Virus record (IMG/VR): IMGVR_UViG_3300035210_000190
Source of the DNA: a virus
Lineage: Duplodnaviria; Heunggongvirae; Uroviricota; Caudoviricetes
Length of the DNA stretch: 64,000 nt
Direction: 5' to 3' (one strand)
Positions 9,314 to 19,021 of the stretch are shown here, piece by piece. Each line of letters begins with the position of its first letter. Position 1 is the stretch's first letter. Both the position numbers and the translations under genes were made by a program. The notes under the pieces are model-generated. The model saw only the letters and a program-made list of their open reading frames with translations. It had not been told where the DNA came from and did not search any database.

Positions 9314-9504
9314 TTATACACTAAGACCACTTTCGAGTGGTTTTTTTATTACTTTTTTACATTGTGTAATGATAATCATTTTCATTATTTATTGACTTTT
9401 TACATCACTGTGGTAAATTATTAATACTTTATATCATTATAATTAAAGCAACTAATGCAATCTAGATTGTGTTGTTAACAACTAAATATTAGGAGAATAC
9501 GATA

Positions 9505-9816
9505 ATGAAAAAGATCATGTTTGCATGTTTACTTGCAGTCCCATTAACAGCTATTGCTGTCATTGCTGACACCACTGATGTCATTAAATCTAGAAATGAT
9601 CAATTAGCCACATTGGTTAAAGAATCATTTTACTCTGATGTGTCTCGTTTGAACTTGACGCCTGAACAATACACCACCATTGTAAAAAAAATCAGAACAA
9701 CCGATGAAGGACTGACGACTGAAATTAAAGAAGTCTTAAATGATGACCAAAAAGATACATTTGAAATTATTATGGCTGAGAAAAAAGAAGCTATGGGTGA
9801 TAAAGTTGGCTTTTAA
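9505..9816 (+). CDS. small secreted protein (signal peptide)
   Basis: MKKIMFACLLAVPLTAIAVIA signal peptide; RBS AGGAG. Confidence 0.65.
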   Translation: MKKIMFACLLAVPLTAIAVIADTTDVIKSRNDQLATLVKESFYSDVSRLNLTPEQYTTIVKKIRTTDEGLTTEIKEVLNDDQKDTFEIIMAEKKEAMGDKVGF

Positions 9817-10001
9817 AATTTCAATGACAGACTAAACTTAAAAAAGAAACCTGTGATGGTTTCTTTTTATTTTACTTTTATATAATTACTTTTTATAAAA
9901 ATATCTTTTTTTAGATTAATTATATATTTAATAATTACGCTTGCCTTTTTACTTTAATACTATTTAATAAGAAATAAATAGTTCATTAATTTGAGGTAAA
10001 A

Positions 10002-10859
10002 ATGACAAAAAAATATATTTTAGCGTTAATTGCTCTATCCAGTTTAGGCACTTTATCGCAAGCTGATTATCAAATTCATATTCCAATTCAACATGCAATT
10101 TCTTTCAATGATAACACTTCCAGTGGTGGCTCAGGCGGTAGTGGTGGTGGTGGATTAGTTTTTACTGACCCTACTATATTGGCTGCATATGAAGCTAAAT
10201 GTGGTTCGTTTCCTAATAAAATAAACCCTTTGACTGATCCTATACGAGACTATGACATTAGTTGTGGTGATTATTCAAATAGAAATCTTTCTGGTTACAT
10301 GCTTGATAAAACCGGTATGCTTTTTACTAATTTTGCAAATTCAATATTAGATGGAGCTATATTAGGTAATTCTAACTTAACTAACAGTAATCTATCAGGA
10401 GCATCCCTAATAGGCACTCAGTTTACCGTAAATGGAGAAAGCACTGCATTAACGAATGCCGATGTTAGTAATGCTAACTTAACAAATGCTTATATGGATA
10501 AATCATATTTAGAAAAAACTAATTTTACTGACTCTAATTTAACAAGTGCTGTATTAACTAATGCTGCTTTTGTTGGTGCAAACTTGACCAATGCTAACTT
10601 AACGAATGCTAATTTTGATACTTCCTATGTCACTGACACGAACTTTACTAATGCAAATTTTACAGGAGCTATATTAACTAATACTGCATTTATTAATACG
10701 AACCTAACTAACGCAAATTTGATTGGAGCTGATCTCAGTACGAGTAGTTTTACCAATGTTGATTTCACTAATATCTTGTATGATTCGACTACAAAATGGC
10801 CTTCATGGTACACACCACCAAAATCAAGCAATGGATATCAGTTCACACCGCAGTGGTAA
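10002..10859 (+). CDS. secreted pentapeptide-repeat protein
   Basis: signal peptide plus long run of A(N/D)LTN pentapeptide repeats; Gly/Ser linker. Confidence 0.75.
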   Translation: MTKKYILALIALSSLGTLSQADYQIHIPIQHAISFNDNTSSGGSGGSGGGGLVFTDPTILAAYEAKCGSFPNKINPLTDPIRDYDISCGDYSNRNLSGYMLDKTGMLFTNFANSILDGAILGNSNLTNSNLSGASLIGTQFTVNGESTALTNADVSNANLTNAYMDKSYLEKTNFTDSNLTSAVLTNAAFVGANLTNANLTNANFDTSYVTDTNFTNANFTGAILTNTAFINTNLTNANLIGADLSTSSFTNVDFTNILYDSTTKWPSWYTPPKSSNGYQFTPQW

Positions 10860-11037
10860 GAAAAAGCTTGACAACTTTGAAAAAGTGTTGTCTAAAACAA
10901 CAACCAAAATGATTGAGATCTTCAATTATCAACCATTTTGAATAAGGCATTTTAACCAAATGTCTTATTTTTTGTCTGAAGTTGCGTTATTGAACCTTTT
11001 GGGCTAAAATATTTTTAAATTAACATGGGGCTGTCTA

Positions 11038-11493
11038 ATGATTTTAACTATCGAACTTGTACCTAAATCTTGCTGGTTTTCCAATTTGAGGGATCACCTC
11101 ACAGAAGCTCAATGGAAAGAAGTCAAACTCAGCACATTTAAGGCTGCAGATAATCGTTGTGAAATTTGTAATGGTGTTGGTGACAAGTGGCCGGTTGAAT
11201 GTCATGAGGTTTGGGAATATGACGATATCAATAAGGTACAACGTCTGGTGAGAACTGTTGCTCTTTGTCCTCCCTGCCATCAAGTGAAACATATCGGCAT
11301 GGCGATGGTGACAGGTCGTTACAATCATGCTAAATCTCATTTCTCGGCTATCAATAAAGTCCCCATGAGACAAACAGAACGCTATATTGAAAAAGCTTTC
11401 AATTTATTTAATGACCGATCAAAGTTTCAGTGGAAACTTGACGTTTCTTGGATTAATGAACACTTCGGATTTATAATAAAGGAAAAACGTTAA
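11038..11493 (+). CDS. HNH-family endonuclease (putative homing endonuclease)
   Basis: CEIC...ECHEVWEYDD...N...LCPPCHQVKH zinc-ribbon/HNH pattern. Confidence 0.5.
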   Translation: MILTIELVPKSCWFSNLRDHLTEAQWKEVKLSTFKAADNRCEICNGVGDKWPVECHEVWEYDDINKVQRLVRTVALCPPCHQVKHIGMAMVTGRYNHAKSHFSAINKVPMRQTERYIEKAFNLFNDRSKFQWKLDVSWINEHFGFIIKEKR

Positions 11494-11669
11494 TATATTT
11501 ACTTTTTCATAATTCAACTTAAACTATATTAATAACATTTTGGAGTATTATGTTTTTTTCTTTATTTTTAATATCATATTTGATATTAAGTTTAACATTG
11601 AGTATCGTTTATTATTACTATTATGCTTCATTTTATTTGGTTGCAGTTAATCTTATCATGATGATATTA

Positions 11670-13240
11670 ATTGTAAATAACCCCGACCTGAAGGACGGAG
11701 CTTTTGTTTTTCTAGAAGCCAAAATTAGTGTGTAAACACTCTAATCTTATTTTCTTGGGGCAGTTTACTATGCCTCTACTGGCTTCTTCGAAATATTGAT
11801 CTCTCCACATTTCAAAATCACCTTTACTTTTTAACCATTTTCTCAATATATTCCCTGCTCCATTCACATCTGCATTTAGCAACTTTCCTAATGAGGATTT
11901 GAACAATCCTCTTTTGGATCTTGTTCCTAAATAGCTCTTATGTTTTTTAACTTCTTCTAAATCTAAAAAGCTTGTTTTTGAAGTATATGATTCTTCATGT
12001 TTAGCAAAAAGCAAACCTTTACTTTTAGCTTTATATTCAAGCATGTTTTTAAATTTAAAAAATGGGACAGATACAAAACTTTGATTATTAACAGACCCAA
12101 TATTGATGGATTGTTTCTGTTCTTTATTTTCACCAACTAGTATGGTGTTGAGATTGTTTTTCAAACAATACTCCACAATATAATTAGTTGATCGATGATA
12201 ATAATCGTTGATTTTGTTGGTTCTATTACGAGATAGTTTGTTTTTCTTTTTAATCATAGCACTAACATCTTGGTTATTGTTTCGACCAAGATCTATTTTA
12301 CTTGATAATTTAGCGACTTTCTTATTATACCATTGGTTTAGGGATTTTAGATAACGCCCATCAAGGAGGATGGACGAACCATTGGTGGAATTAAGGCATG
12401 CACCTAAATTATTCAAGCCAAGGTCAATGGAAAGATAACGACCGTTATCTTCCATTGCCTTATCTTCTTCAACTTCATAGACTACTTCTACTTTAAATTC
12501 TTCTCCATTACTTTTAGGCAAGATACGCACTTCGTTTATCTTTTTTATATGTTTTGGAATTGAAATTTCAAGTTTAGTAAGTAAATGAGGATATTCTTTT
12601 TTAAAGTTCTTTGAACAATTAATAACAACTCTATTAACAGTATCTTTTTCTAGTTCTGTTTTATTTTTAACAAATCGAACACTACGCCCTTGAATAACGA
12701 TATTGGAATAGGTTGGTTTATCTTTTTTTCGATTCTTCTTGTATCGTGGTAAATTAATGGTGTTGGTTTTGTTTACTGACTTTTTAGCTTTCAAACTACC
12801 AAAGAAAGCCTTCATATCTGAGTAGGCCACTCTTCTTATTTGTTGAGAACAATCATTCAGTAACAATGAAAAGTTCTCATTAAGTTTAGTGGCATGATAG
12901 AGTTCAGTATCAGAAGGCATTTTTTCTTTGTTGAAGAAAGCTTGACGTAAAGGATATAAGCAAACATTATACATTTGAGAAGCATGGACAGAGAGCATTT
13001 GAACTAATTCTTTTTCTTCTGGGCTAAACGATTTACACCACATAGAAAGTGTGCGTAAATATTTAACTCTTTTTTTAGATTTATTAGCCATAACACTCCA
13101 AAAGCCAACTAATAAAATAGTTGACTAAAATATGGTTATTAGTATACAATATAAAACTTAAAAGTCAACTATAATGAGTTGGCAAAAAAACAACCCTATT
13201 CCTCCCCTGCCTGAAGGAAGAGGTATCCAAGGGTTTAACT
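11670..13240 (-). mobile_element. tnpB-only IS200/IS605-family element (IS1341-like) with similar imperfect hairpins at both ends in direct orientation; boundaries approximate
   Basis: TnpB ORF flanked by CCCCGACCTGAAGGACGGAGC (11681-11701) and CCTCCCCTGCCTGAAGGAAGAGG (13200-13222), plus 86-bp imperfect palindrome 13104-13190. Confidence 0.6.
11712..13091 (-). CDS. tnpB: TnpB (IS605 OrfB-family RuvC-like RNA-guided nuclease/transposase accessory protein)
   Basis: RuvC-I IDLGLNNLGA, RuvC-II ESYTSKTS, RuvC-III NADVNGAGNI motifs; 459 aa. Confidence 0.85.
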   Translation of the reverse strand: MANKSKKRVKYLRTLSMWCKSFSPEEKELVQMLSVHASQMYNVCLYPLRQAFFNKEKMPSDTELYHATKLNENFSLLLNDCSQQIRRVAYSDMKAFFGSLKAKKSVNKTNTINLPRYKKNRKKDKPTYSNIVIQGRSVRFVKNKTELEKDTVNRVVINCSKNFKKEYPHLLTKLEISIPKHIKKINEVRILPKSNGEEFKVEVVYEVEEDKAMEDNGRYLSIDLGLNNLGACLNSTNGSSILLDGRYLKSLNQWYNKKVAKLSSKIDLGRNNNQDVSAMIKKKNKLSRNRTNKINDYYHRSTNYIVEYCLKNNLNTILVGENKEQKQSINIGSVNNQSFVSVPFFKFKNMLEYKAKSKGLLFAKHEESYTSKTSFLDLEEVKKHKSYLGTRSKRGLFKSSLGKLLNADVNGAGNILRKWLKSKGDFEMWRDQYFEEASRGIVNCPKKIRLECLHTNFGF

Positions 13241-13487
13241 AGATGACAAAGGATGAAAGATAGAATCTTTGTTAATTTATACAAAAAATTAGAGAAAAAA
13301 GATCCTTCTATTTCAATAGATCTAGGCATTTTTCAGTGTGTCTACATGATTTTAATTTTGCCTATTCTTTTCTTTAAAATCATGACAAGCATTGTTTCAT
13401 ATTTTGTTTCTTAATTATAAAAAAAATACGATATTGCTTGCCCCAAAACCATATTCTTGCTAGAATAGCCTCATCAAAACCTAGAAG

Positions 13488-13730
13488 GTGATTATTATGA
13501 CTATTCGTTCTCGTAGTGAAAAAGCTAAAAAAATTCAGATTGATTTGGCCGGTGAGCAGGGTAATGCCCATTGCTTGCTGGGGATTGCTGCCAACATTGG
13601 TAAGCAACTGAAAAAGACACCAGAAGAAATTCAAGCTATCACTGCAGAAATGACTTCTAGCGACTATGAGCATCTTGTTGCTACGCTCGAAAAACATTAC
13701 GGTGATTATATCGACATTTACGAGGTGTAA
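13488..13730 (+). CDS. hypothetical protein
   Basis: promoter TTGCTAGAAT, ORF. Confidence 0.6.
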   Translation: MIIMTIRSRSEKAKKIQIDLAGEQGNAHCLLGIAANIGKQLKKTPEEIQAITAEMTSSDYEHLVATLEKHYGDYIDIYEV

Positions 13731-13829
13731 CCTGTTTTTTAGTGTGGTTTTCGCCTAAAAATGATAGCCACACTCATAAAACTCTGTTATAATACATCTA
13801 CACAATCAGCAAGAGCAAGGATATACATC

Positions 13830-14153
13830 ATGTTCCCTCAATCAATCGTCACTGCCGATGTCATCAATGTTGACTACGACTCAGCTAAGTTCGTGGTTGA
13901 TGGAAAAAATGGTGAGCAAGAAGTTGCTGTCCGCTTCTTTTGCACTATCCTTGTTCGGGGTGGTTTTATTTTCCGCCATACCAGTCAACTGCTGGATGAG
14001 GCAACAGCTTCTAACGTTACTGAAAAAGTTTACAATCATGTCTTTAAAGATAAAGGCACTGTGAACATGAAGTTTTGGCAAGAATATTACTCAACACCTA
14101 GCACACCACTGCTCGAAAAAATGCAGCTTGAAGCTCATCTCGAAACAGCGTAA
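13830..14153 (+). CDS. hypothetical protein (internal start of ORF 13761)
   Basis: promoter TGTTATAAT 13783; RBS AAGGA. Confidence 0.6.
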   Translation: MFPQSIVTADVINVDYDSAKFVVDGKNGEQEVAVRFFCTILVRGGFIFRHTSQLLDEATASNVTEKVYNHVFKDKGTVNMKFWQEYYSTPSTPLLEKMQLEAHLETA

Positions 14154-14205
14154 ACTACTACTTTTTTGGGAGTGTTTAACTCCCACATCTCTTTTAAGGA
14201 TCACA

Positions 14206-14604
14206 ATGACCCAAGTTACTCAGCTAGAACGCGAAGTTATCTCCAGTATTGCCAAACTGGGTTATCGTTCTGTTAAAACCTCGGAAATTCACACTATTTC
14301 TGACATCATCAAAAAAGCCCAAGTGAATGCCGTCCTGCTCAACTTGAAACGCAAAGGCATGGTGACTCTCATGGTCGATGGGATTGCTTCGCTGACCGTC
14401 CAAGGTTTGAACTCGTTCAATACCAACTATGGCGATAAAGCCACTTTTGATGCTCAAAGTGCTCACAACGCTAAGATGCTCTTTGGTCGCCCAATGAGCC
14501 GTGATGAATTGAGGTTTGTGAACAAGTGCATCGACATTCGCAATCAAGGTGTTAAAGTGGGTAAAACCATCAAAGGAATCAAGGAATGGCTCAACCGCCG
14601 TTAA
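14206..14604 (+). CDS. hypothetical protein, possible winged-helix DNA-binding
   Basis: RBS AAGGA; N-terminal helix-rich region. Confidence 0.5.
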   Translation: MTQVTQLEREVISSIAKLGYRSVKTSEIHTISDIIKKAQVNAVLLNLKRKGMVTLMVDGIASLTVQGLNSFNTNYGDKATFDAQSAHNAKMLFGRPMSRDELRFVNKCIDIRNQGVKVGKTIKGIKEWLNRR

Positions 14605-14741
14605 TTTGACATTTATTGTGAAAAAAGAGAAGCTTCGGCTTCTTTTTTTTGTATGGTAAAAAAAAAGTAATTTTATATAACAATAAATTGACACAATATA
14701 AAACTACTTGTATTATAGTATTAATAATAATAATAAAAATC

Positions 14742-15686
14742 ATGTCCATTAAAAAAATACTCTTAGTTCCTGTACTTTCATTGTTAGGAATGAATTCTTT
14801 CGCAGAATATCAAATACAATATCCAAATGTTCCTGTAATCTTTAAAGATCTTGGTCAATGGGTTCCAACGAATCCTGTCATCTCTATTTGGGTTAATGTG
14901 GGAACTCCACATGATTGTACAAGTGCTGCACCACTTGAGAACACACAACAACTTGGTGTGTCTTATGAAAAAACATTCTCGGGCTGTAAGCAGTCCCAAG
15001 AAAGAACTGTAACCACTTCTGAAAAACAAACTGTTACTGGGGCTATTCGTAATCAAGTCAGCACCAAAGAAACACAAGTGTTAACTGATGCTAGTTATAA
15101 AGTAAATGCTATTGGCACTACCGATTTTGGTCAATGGTTAGAAACTGCTCCAGTTTATACAGGTTGGAGAAATCTTGAATCTCCACATGATTGCACAAGT
15201 GCTGCACCACTTGAAAACACACAAACACTTGGTTCAACTTATGTAAAAACATTTTCTGGTTGTAAACAATCACAAGAGCGTGATGTTACGACATCTGAAA
15301 AGAATACTGTTACAGGCAATGTTCGTAACGTGAAAACAACGAAGGAAACTCAGCTTATTACTGATGCCACTTATACTACAAATGCCACAGGCACTAAAAT
15401 AGTTAAAGAATGTGGATATTCAGCAGCAAGTGGAGCTTTTGCTAGATGGTATGATATTGCAACTTATGATGGTTATACAACTACTTATGGTATGGGCTTA
15501 CAATGGGCTGGTGCCACACTTGTTAACACTGCAAACAGCAGCACAACTTATCCAAAATCTGCGAATTATGTCAAATCTGGCTATGTTTACACACGCGGTG
15601 CGTTTAAAGAGAAATCTGGTCATAATGATAATATACGCACTTTTTACTACTATTATGAAGTCTGTAGAGAACCTGTTGCACCATAA
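14742..15686 (+). CDS. secreted protein with two tandem ~90-aa Cys-containing repeats (HDCTSAAPLENTQ...FSGCKQSQER...TVTG.IRN)
   Basis: signal peptide MSIKKILLVPVLSLLGMNSFA; internal duplication; perfect TTGACA-17-TATTAT promoter 14689-14717. Confidence 0.75.
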   Translation: MSIKKILLVPVLSLLGMNSFAEYQIQYPNVPVIFKDLGQWVPTNPVISIWVNVGTPHDCTSAAPLENTQQLGVSYEKTFSGCKQSQERTVTTSEKQTVTGAIRNQVSTKETQVLTDASYKVNAIGTTDFGQWLETAPVYTGWRNLESPHDCTSAAPLENTQTLGSTYVKTFSGCKQSQERDVTTSEKNTVTGNVRNVKTTKETQLITDATYTTNATGTKIVKECGYSAASGAFARWYDIATYDGYTTTYGMGLQWAGATLVNTANSSTTYPKSANYVKSGYVYTRGAFKEKSGHNDNIRTFYYYYEVCREPVAP

Positions 15687-15824
15687 TTGAAAAACAATTG
15701 AAAAAATTAAAAGAGGCTTCGGCTTCTTTTTTCTTGCTTAAAATATGGTTTTTATGTATAATAATCTCATTGAAATCCACTATAAATATTGCCGAAAGGC
15801 ATACTTTTAAAACGGAATATTAAC

Positions 15825-16325
15825 ATGACAGAAACCACAGCAGAATATCAGAAAATCCGTAGCGATGTGCTCAGCCATCTTCGCCGGAAAGGTTATTATA
15901 CCCAACCCAGTGTCCGGGCGTATCCTGTTACCATTCAAGTCCTTAAAGATTTGATTGCAGAACGATTAGTTACCGAAAATGAGCAATATGGTGGTAGTCA
16001 ACGTTTGTTTAATTCGACCTCACTGATGCCATCTACCGTTGTTGTCCGCAACCAGTTCACTCAAAATCTGAAAGTTGGTAATCATTGTGGTCACTCTGGT
16101 GAATTCTTTTCTAAATTGAATGAACGCTTTGATGAAGTTAACAGCAAGAGTTTTGTTGACGTTGGTGTGGTTTCTGCTGTCGAAGTCAAAGACCTGCCTA
16201 AAAACTTATGGGAAAAATTGTTGGGTCGTAAAAGTGACCGGGCTGTTTTTATCACCCTGAACAATGGTAAGGTGGTGAAGACTGTCTATAACGCCATCTA
16301 CCAAGTCACTCGACCAGAATTTTAG
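15825..16325 (+). CDS. hypothetical protein
   Basis: ORF after promoter TGTATAAT and terminator 15705-15733. Confidence 0.6.
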   Translation: MTETTAEYQKIRSDVLSHLRRKGYYTQPSVRAYPVTIQVLKDLIAERLVTENEQYGGSQRLFNSTSLMPSTVVVRNQFTQNLKVGNHCGHSGEFFSKLNERFDEVNSKSFVDVGVVSAVEVKDLPKNLWEKLLGRKSDRAVFITLNNGKVVKTVYNAIYQVTRPEF

Positions 16326-16392
16326 TAAAAAAGCTTGTTTTAGAATGCTTTTTTTGCTAGAATAGCTTTATCAAAATCAAGGAGTTACAACA

Positions 16393-16797
16393 ATGCATCC
16401 AGTAGACGCCCAACTCATTCAAGACCACGGCAATGTTTCCGATGACTATGAGACTTGGGTTTCCAGTAACGGGGTTGATGACTTCGTTAAAACCGAATTT
16501 ACGTGCGGCAATTGCTTCATGCTTGCTTTGGCACTCCACTACAAAACCCAGTGGCCTATTAAGGCTAAAATGATTGATGGTGATGTTGTTCACTGCTATG
16601 TGGTCAACCCAGAAGGGAAAGCTGTTGATATTTACGGCGTTCGTCCTACAGAACAGGCTCCTACACGTTATGACGCCGATTTGACAGAAGGCTTCACAGT
16701 TATCGACGCTCGCCCAGAAACGCCTTGGCCTTCGAACAAAGATTATCAGTGGGCAGAAGAACTGGTTGACAAGTTTCCTGAACACTTCGGTCTGTAA
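16393..16797 (+). CDS. hypothetical protein
   Basis: promoter TTGCTAGAAT, RBS AAGGAG. Confidence 0.65.
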   Translation: MHPVDAQLIQDHGNVSDDYETWVSSNGVDDFVKTEFTCGNCFMLALALHYKTQWPIKAKMIDGDVVHCYVVNPEGKAVDIYGVRPTEQAPTRYDADLTEGFTVIDARPETPWPSNKDYQWAEELVDKFPEHFGL

Positions 16798-16925
16798 TTC
16801 AATCTGTCAAAAGACGCCTTTCGAGGCGTTTTTTCCTCTAAATCATAAAAATATTTAAAATAAGTGTTGTTCATCCGATTGTTTGTCGGTATAATTCACA
16901 CATTAACTAGAACGGAATAAAGACT

Positions 16926-17210
16926 ATGCAAACCACTATCAAGTTCAAAGAAAACGCTGACGAAACCAAACTGAAATCCATCAAGGTTTCCAGCGACCAA
17001 TTCCATGAAATGTCGGATACTCAGCAAATCATGGTAGATATTCGCCAGTTGGTATTGAAAACCGTTGACAAGACTGTCCCTGATTATGCTGATAAGCTGG
17101 TCATCGAAGACCTTGAAGCGGCGGCTAACAAAATTCGTCTGCACTTTGTTGATATGCGTCAATACATGCTTAAAGATGAAGATTTGGCTGACAATAGCGA
17201 TTACTGCTAA
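16926..17210 (+). CDS. hypothetical protein
   Basis: promoter GGTATAAT, ORF. Confidence 0.6.
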   Translation: MQTTIKFKENADETKLKSIKVSSDQFHEMSDTQQIMVDIRQLVLKTVDKTVPDYADKLVIEDLEAAANKIRLHFVDMRQYMLKDEDLADNSDYC

Positions 17211-17251
17211 GTTTTAAACAAGACTTACCAACCATTTAAATCTTGTTTTTC

Positions 17252-17285
17252 AAGTGAGCCAGTGTTATAATTGTCTCACTTGTTT
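17252..17285 (+). promoter_or_regulatory. promoter with palindromic operator-like arms flanking -10 (GTGAGcCAGTGTTATAATTGTCTCAC); second copy 17917-17950
   Basis: 22-nt identical core CAGTGTTATAATTGTCTCACTT repeated 664 bp apart before two different genes. Confidence 0.55.
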
Positions 17286-17319
17286 AGCTTCAGCCAATCA
17301 AATCCTTAGAGGTGTTCTC

Positions 17320-17835
17320 ATGATTAACAAAGAAACTCAACAGCATGTCGATCAAATTCTGACACTCATTAATGTTGTTGAACTCATTCAGGGCGTTAGT
17401 CTCAAAGGTTTCTTTCTGGAAACTTCTAAATGGCGTGCATTTATTGCCGAAGAAGAATTCAAAGCAGTTTATGATTACATTGTTGAATTGAAAGCGTCCC
17501 TTGAACGATTTGAAGCAAAACCAGACATTATGCAAATGTTTGATAAAATTGAACGAGATCTCTTGAAAGTGATGATCTGTGTCGAGCATGAGCAACAACA
17601 GGCTCTGGCTACCGTTGTTATTTCTGCTTTTACTCGTGCTGGCCGTTGGACGAGTTCTTTTGAGCGGGCTATTGAATCGTCTCACTATGCAAGTAAAAGT
17701 GATGATTTGAAATCAGTTATTAATAAAATTGAAGACTTTTCTTTTGTGGGAAGTGATATGGTTATTACATTGCTCAATATGATTATTGAATCCAATGAAC
17801 GTGTTATCAAACTTGACGATTTGATTGAAAAATAA
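17320..17835 (+). CDS. hypothetical protein
   Basis: RBS AGAGGTG; follows operator-promoter. Confidence 0.6.
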   Translation: MINKETQQHVDQILTLINVVELIQGVSLKGFFLETSKWRAFIAEEEFKAVYDYIVELKASLERFEAKPDIMQMFDKIERDLLKVMICVEHEQQQALATVVISAFTRAGRWTSSFERAIESSHYASKSDDLKSVINKIEDFSFVGSDMVITLLNMIIESNERVIKLDDLIEK

Positions 17836-17978
17836 ATAAAAACAAATCACCAGCTTGTTTGAATTTGTTGAAACTGTTTTGCGAAATGATTGATTTTTGT
17901 TTTTAAAAACCTTGTTTATGATGTGGGACAGTGTTATAATTGTCTCACTTAAACGAAATCTACCAAGGATACAAGACC

Positions 17979-18206
17979 ATGAAAGAATTGACTTCCTTCG
18001 AATTCTACAAAGCACGTAACGAACTGCCAGTCGGTACTTATCGTGTTATCGAAGAAGATGAAACTATCAGTATTGCAGTGGTTGAATCTCACGATATTAA
18101 ATGGTTCGATGAAGACGAATATCTTGAAATTGAACGCCGTGAGTGTGAAGATCGCATGTGGGCTAATGATGGCATGGACTTGATTTACGGCTGCGAAGAC
18201 GACTGA
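17979..18206 (+). CDS. hypothetical acidic protein
   Basis: RBS AAGGA; follows second operator-promoter copy. Confidence 0.6.
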   Translation: MKELTSFEFYKARNELPVGTYRVIEEDETISIAVVESHDIKWFDEDEYLEIERRECEDRMWANDGMDLIYGCEDD

Positions 18207-18302
18207 TTTATGAAATAAAATCAAAAAGCTCAGAAATGGGCTTTTTTTTCATCTCTAATACTGCTATACTTGCGTTATCAAAACTTATTAAGGAAATCAT
18301 TC

Positions 18303-18935
18303 ATGTCGCTTACTCAAATCATTGAAGCTGTCAAAAAGTCACAAGAAACTCAGCGAGAAATTCTTTCTCGTTTGTTACCAATATCCGAAGCTCAAACCAT
18401 CTATTTTGATGATTATGAGCAGACTATTCAATTGACGGAATTTGCAGAAGCATTGGAAAACACTGATGACGCTGGCCTTTCCGATAAAGCTGTGGATATG
18501 CGTGATGAACTTGTGGCATTGTTGAAAGCTTTCAATGATGAAGTAGCCGAATGTGTCAAAGAAAACCAAGAGTCTAACAGACCCATTTTTGCAGAAAAAG
18601 AAGTCGAAGTTAACAATATGGAAAATATTCTCGCCACCGCAGCAGAAAAAGTGTTGACTCAAAAAATTCTTATCAATAGCACCAAATTTACTGATGAACA
18701 GATGAAAGCATTCCGTGAGATTTATCTGGAACTTGGCGTTACTCACTTCTTGATTGAAGACCTTCGTGATGTTATTTACTACAACCCAGAAGCACAACCA
18801 TATCTTCGAGATCTCATTGCAGAACGTTTCATGGGGCGGTTCCCAACCTATGTAAATCCTAAAGGTTACATGAATATGACTTCGGTTGACTTCATGAACA
18901 ACCTTGATCGTATTCAGAAGGCCGCTGTTAAATAA
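18303..18935 (+). CDS. hypothetical protein, 4-member paralog family D (with 20809, 44392, 45160)
   Basis: shared C-terminal motif Y..LG.TH/NY...D..YYNP. Confidence 0.65.
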   Translation: MSLTQIIEAVKKSQETQREILSRLLPISEAQTIYFDDYEQTIQLTEFAEALENTDDAGLSDKAVDMRDELVALLKAFNDEVAECVKENQESNRPIFAEKEVEVNNMENILATAAEKVLTQKILINSTKFTDEQMKAFREIYLELGVTHFLIEDLRDVIYYNPEAQPYLRDLIAERFMGRFPTYVNPKGYMNMTSVDFMNNLDRIQKAAVK

Positions 18936-19021
18936 AAGAAGACACTTATCCATTAAAGGGCTTCGGCCCTTTTTTTTATTGTTTATTTATGTTATATTAC
19001 ACGTCTTAATGGGAGATATAT

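Noticed and set aside
11550-11735. 61-aa hydrophobic ORF with good RBS overlapping the IS right-end hairpin
   Set aside because: Its 3' third runs into the tnpB terminal hairpin and stop region. It may be a phage small-membrane-protein gene truncated or fused by the insertion, so it is not called as a feature.
13092-13230. TTGACT-18-TATACA promoter-like sequence inside the IS left end
   Set aside because: It points away from tnpB and lies within the imperfect palindrome. It is more likely part of the IS subterminal structure than a functional phage promoter.
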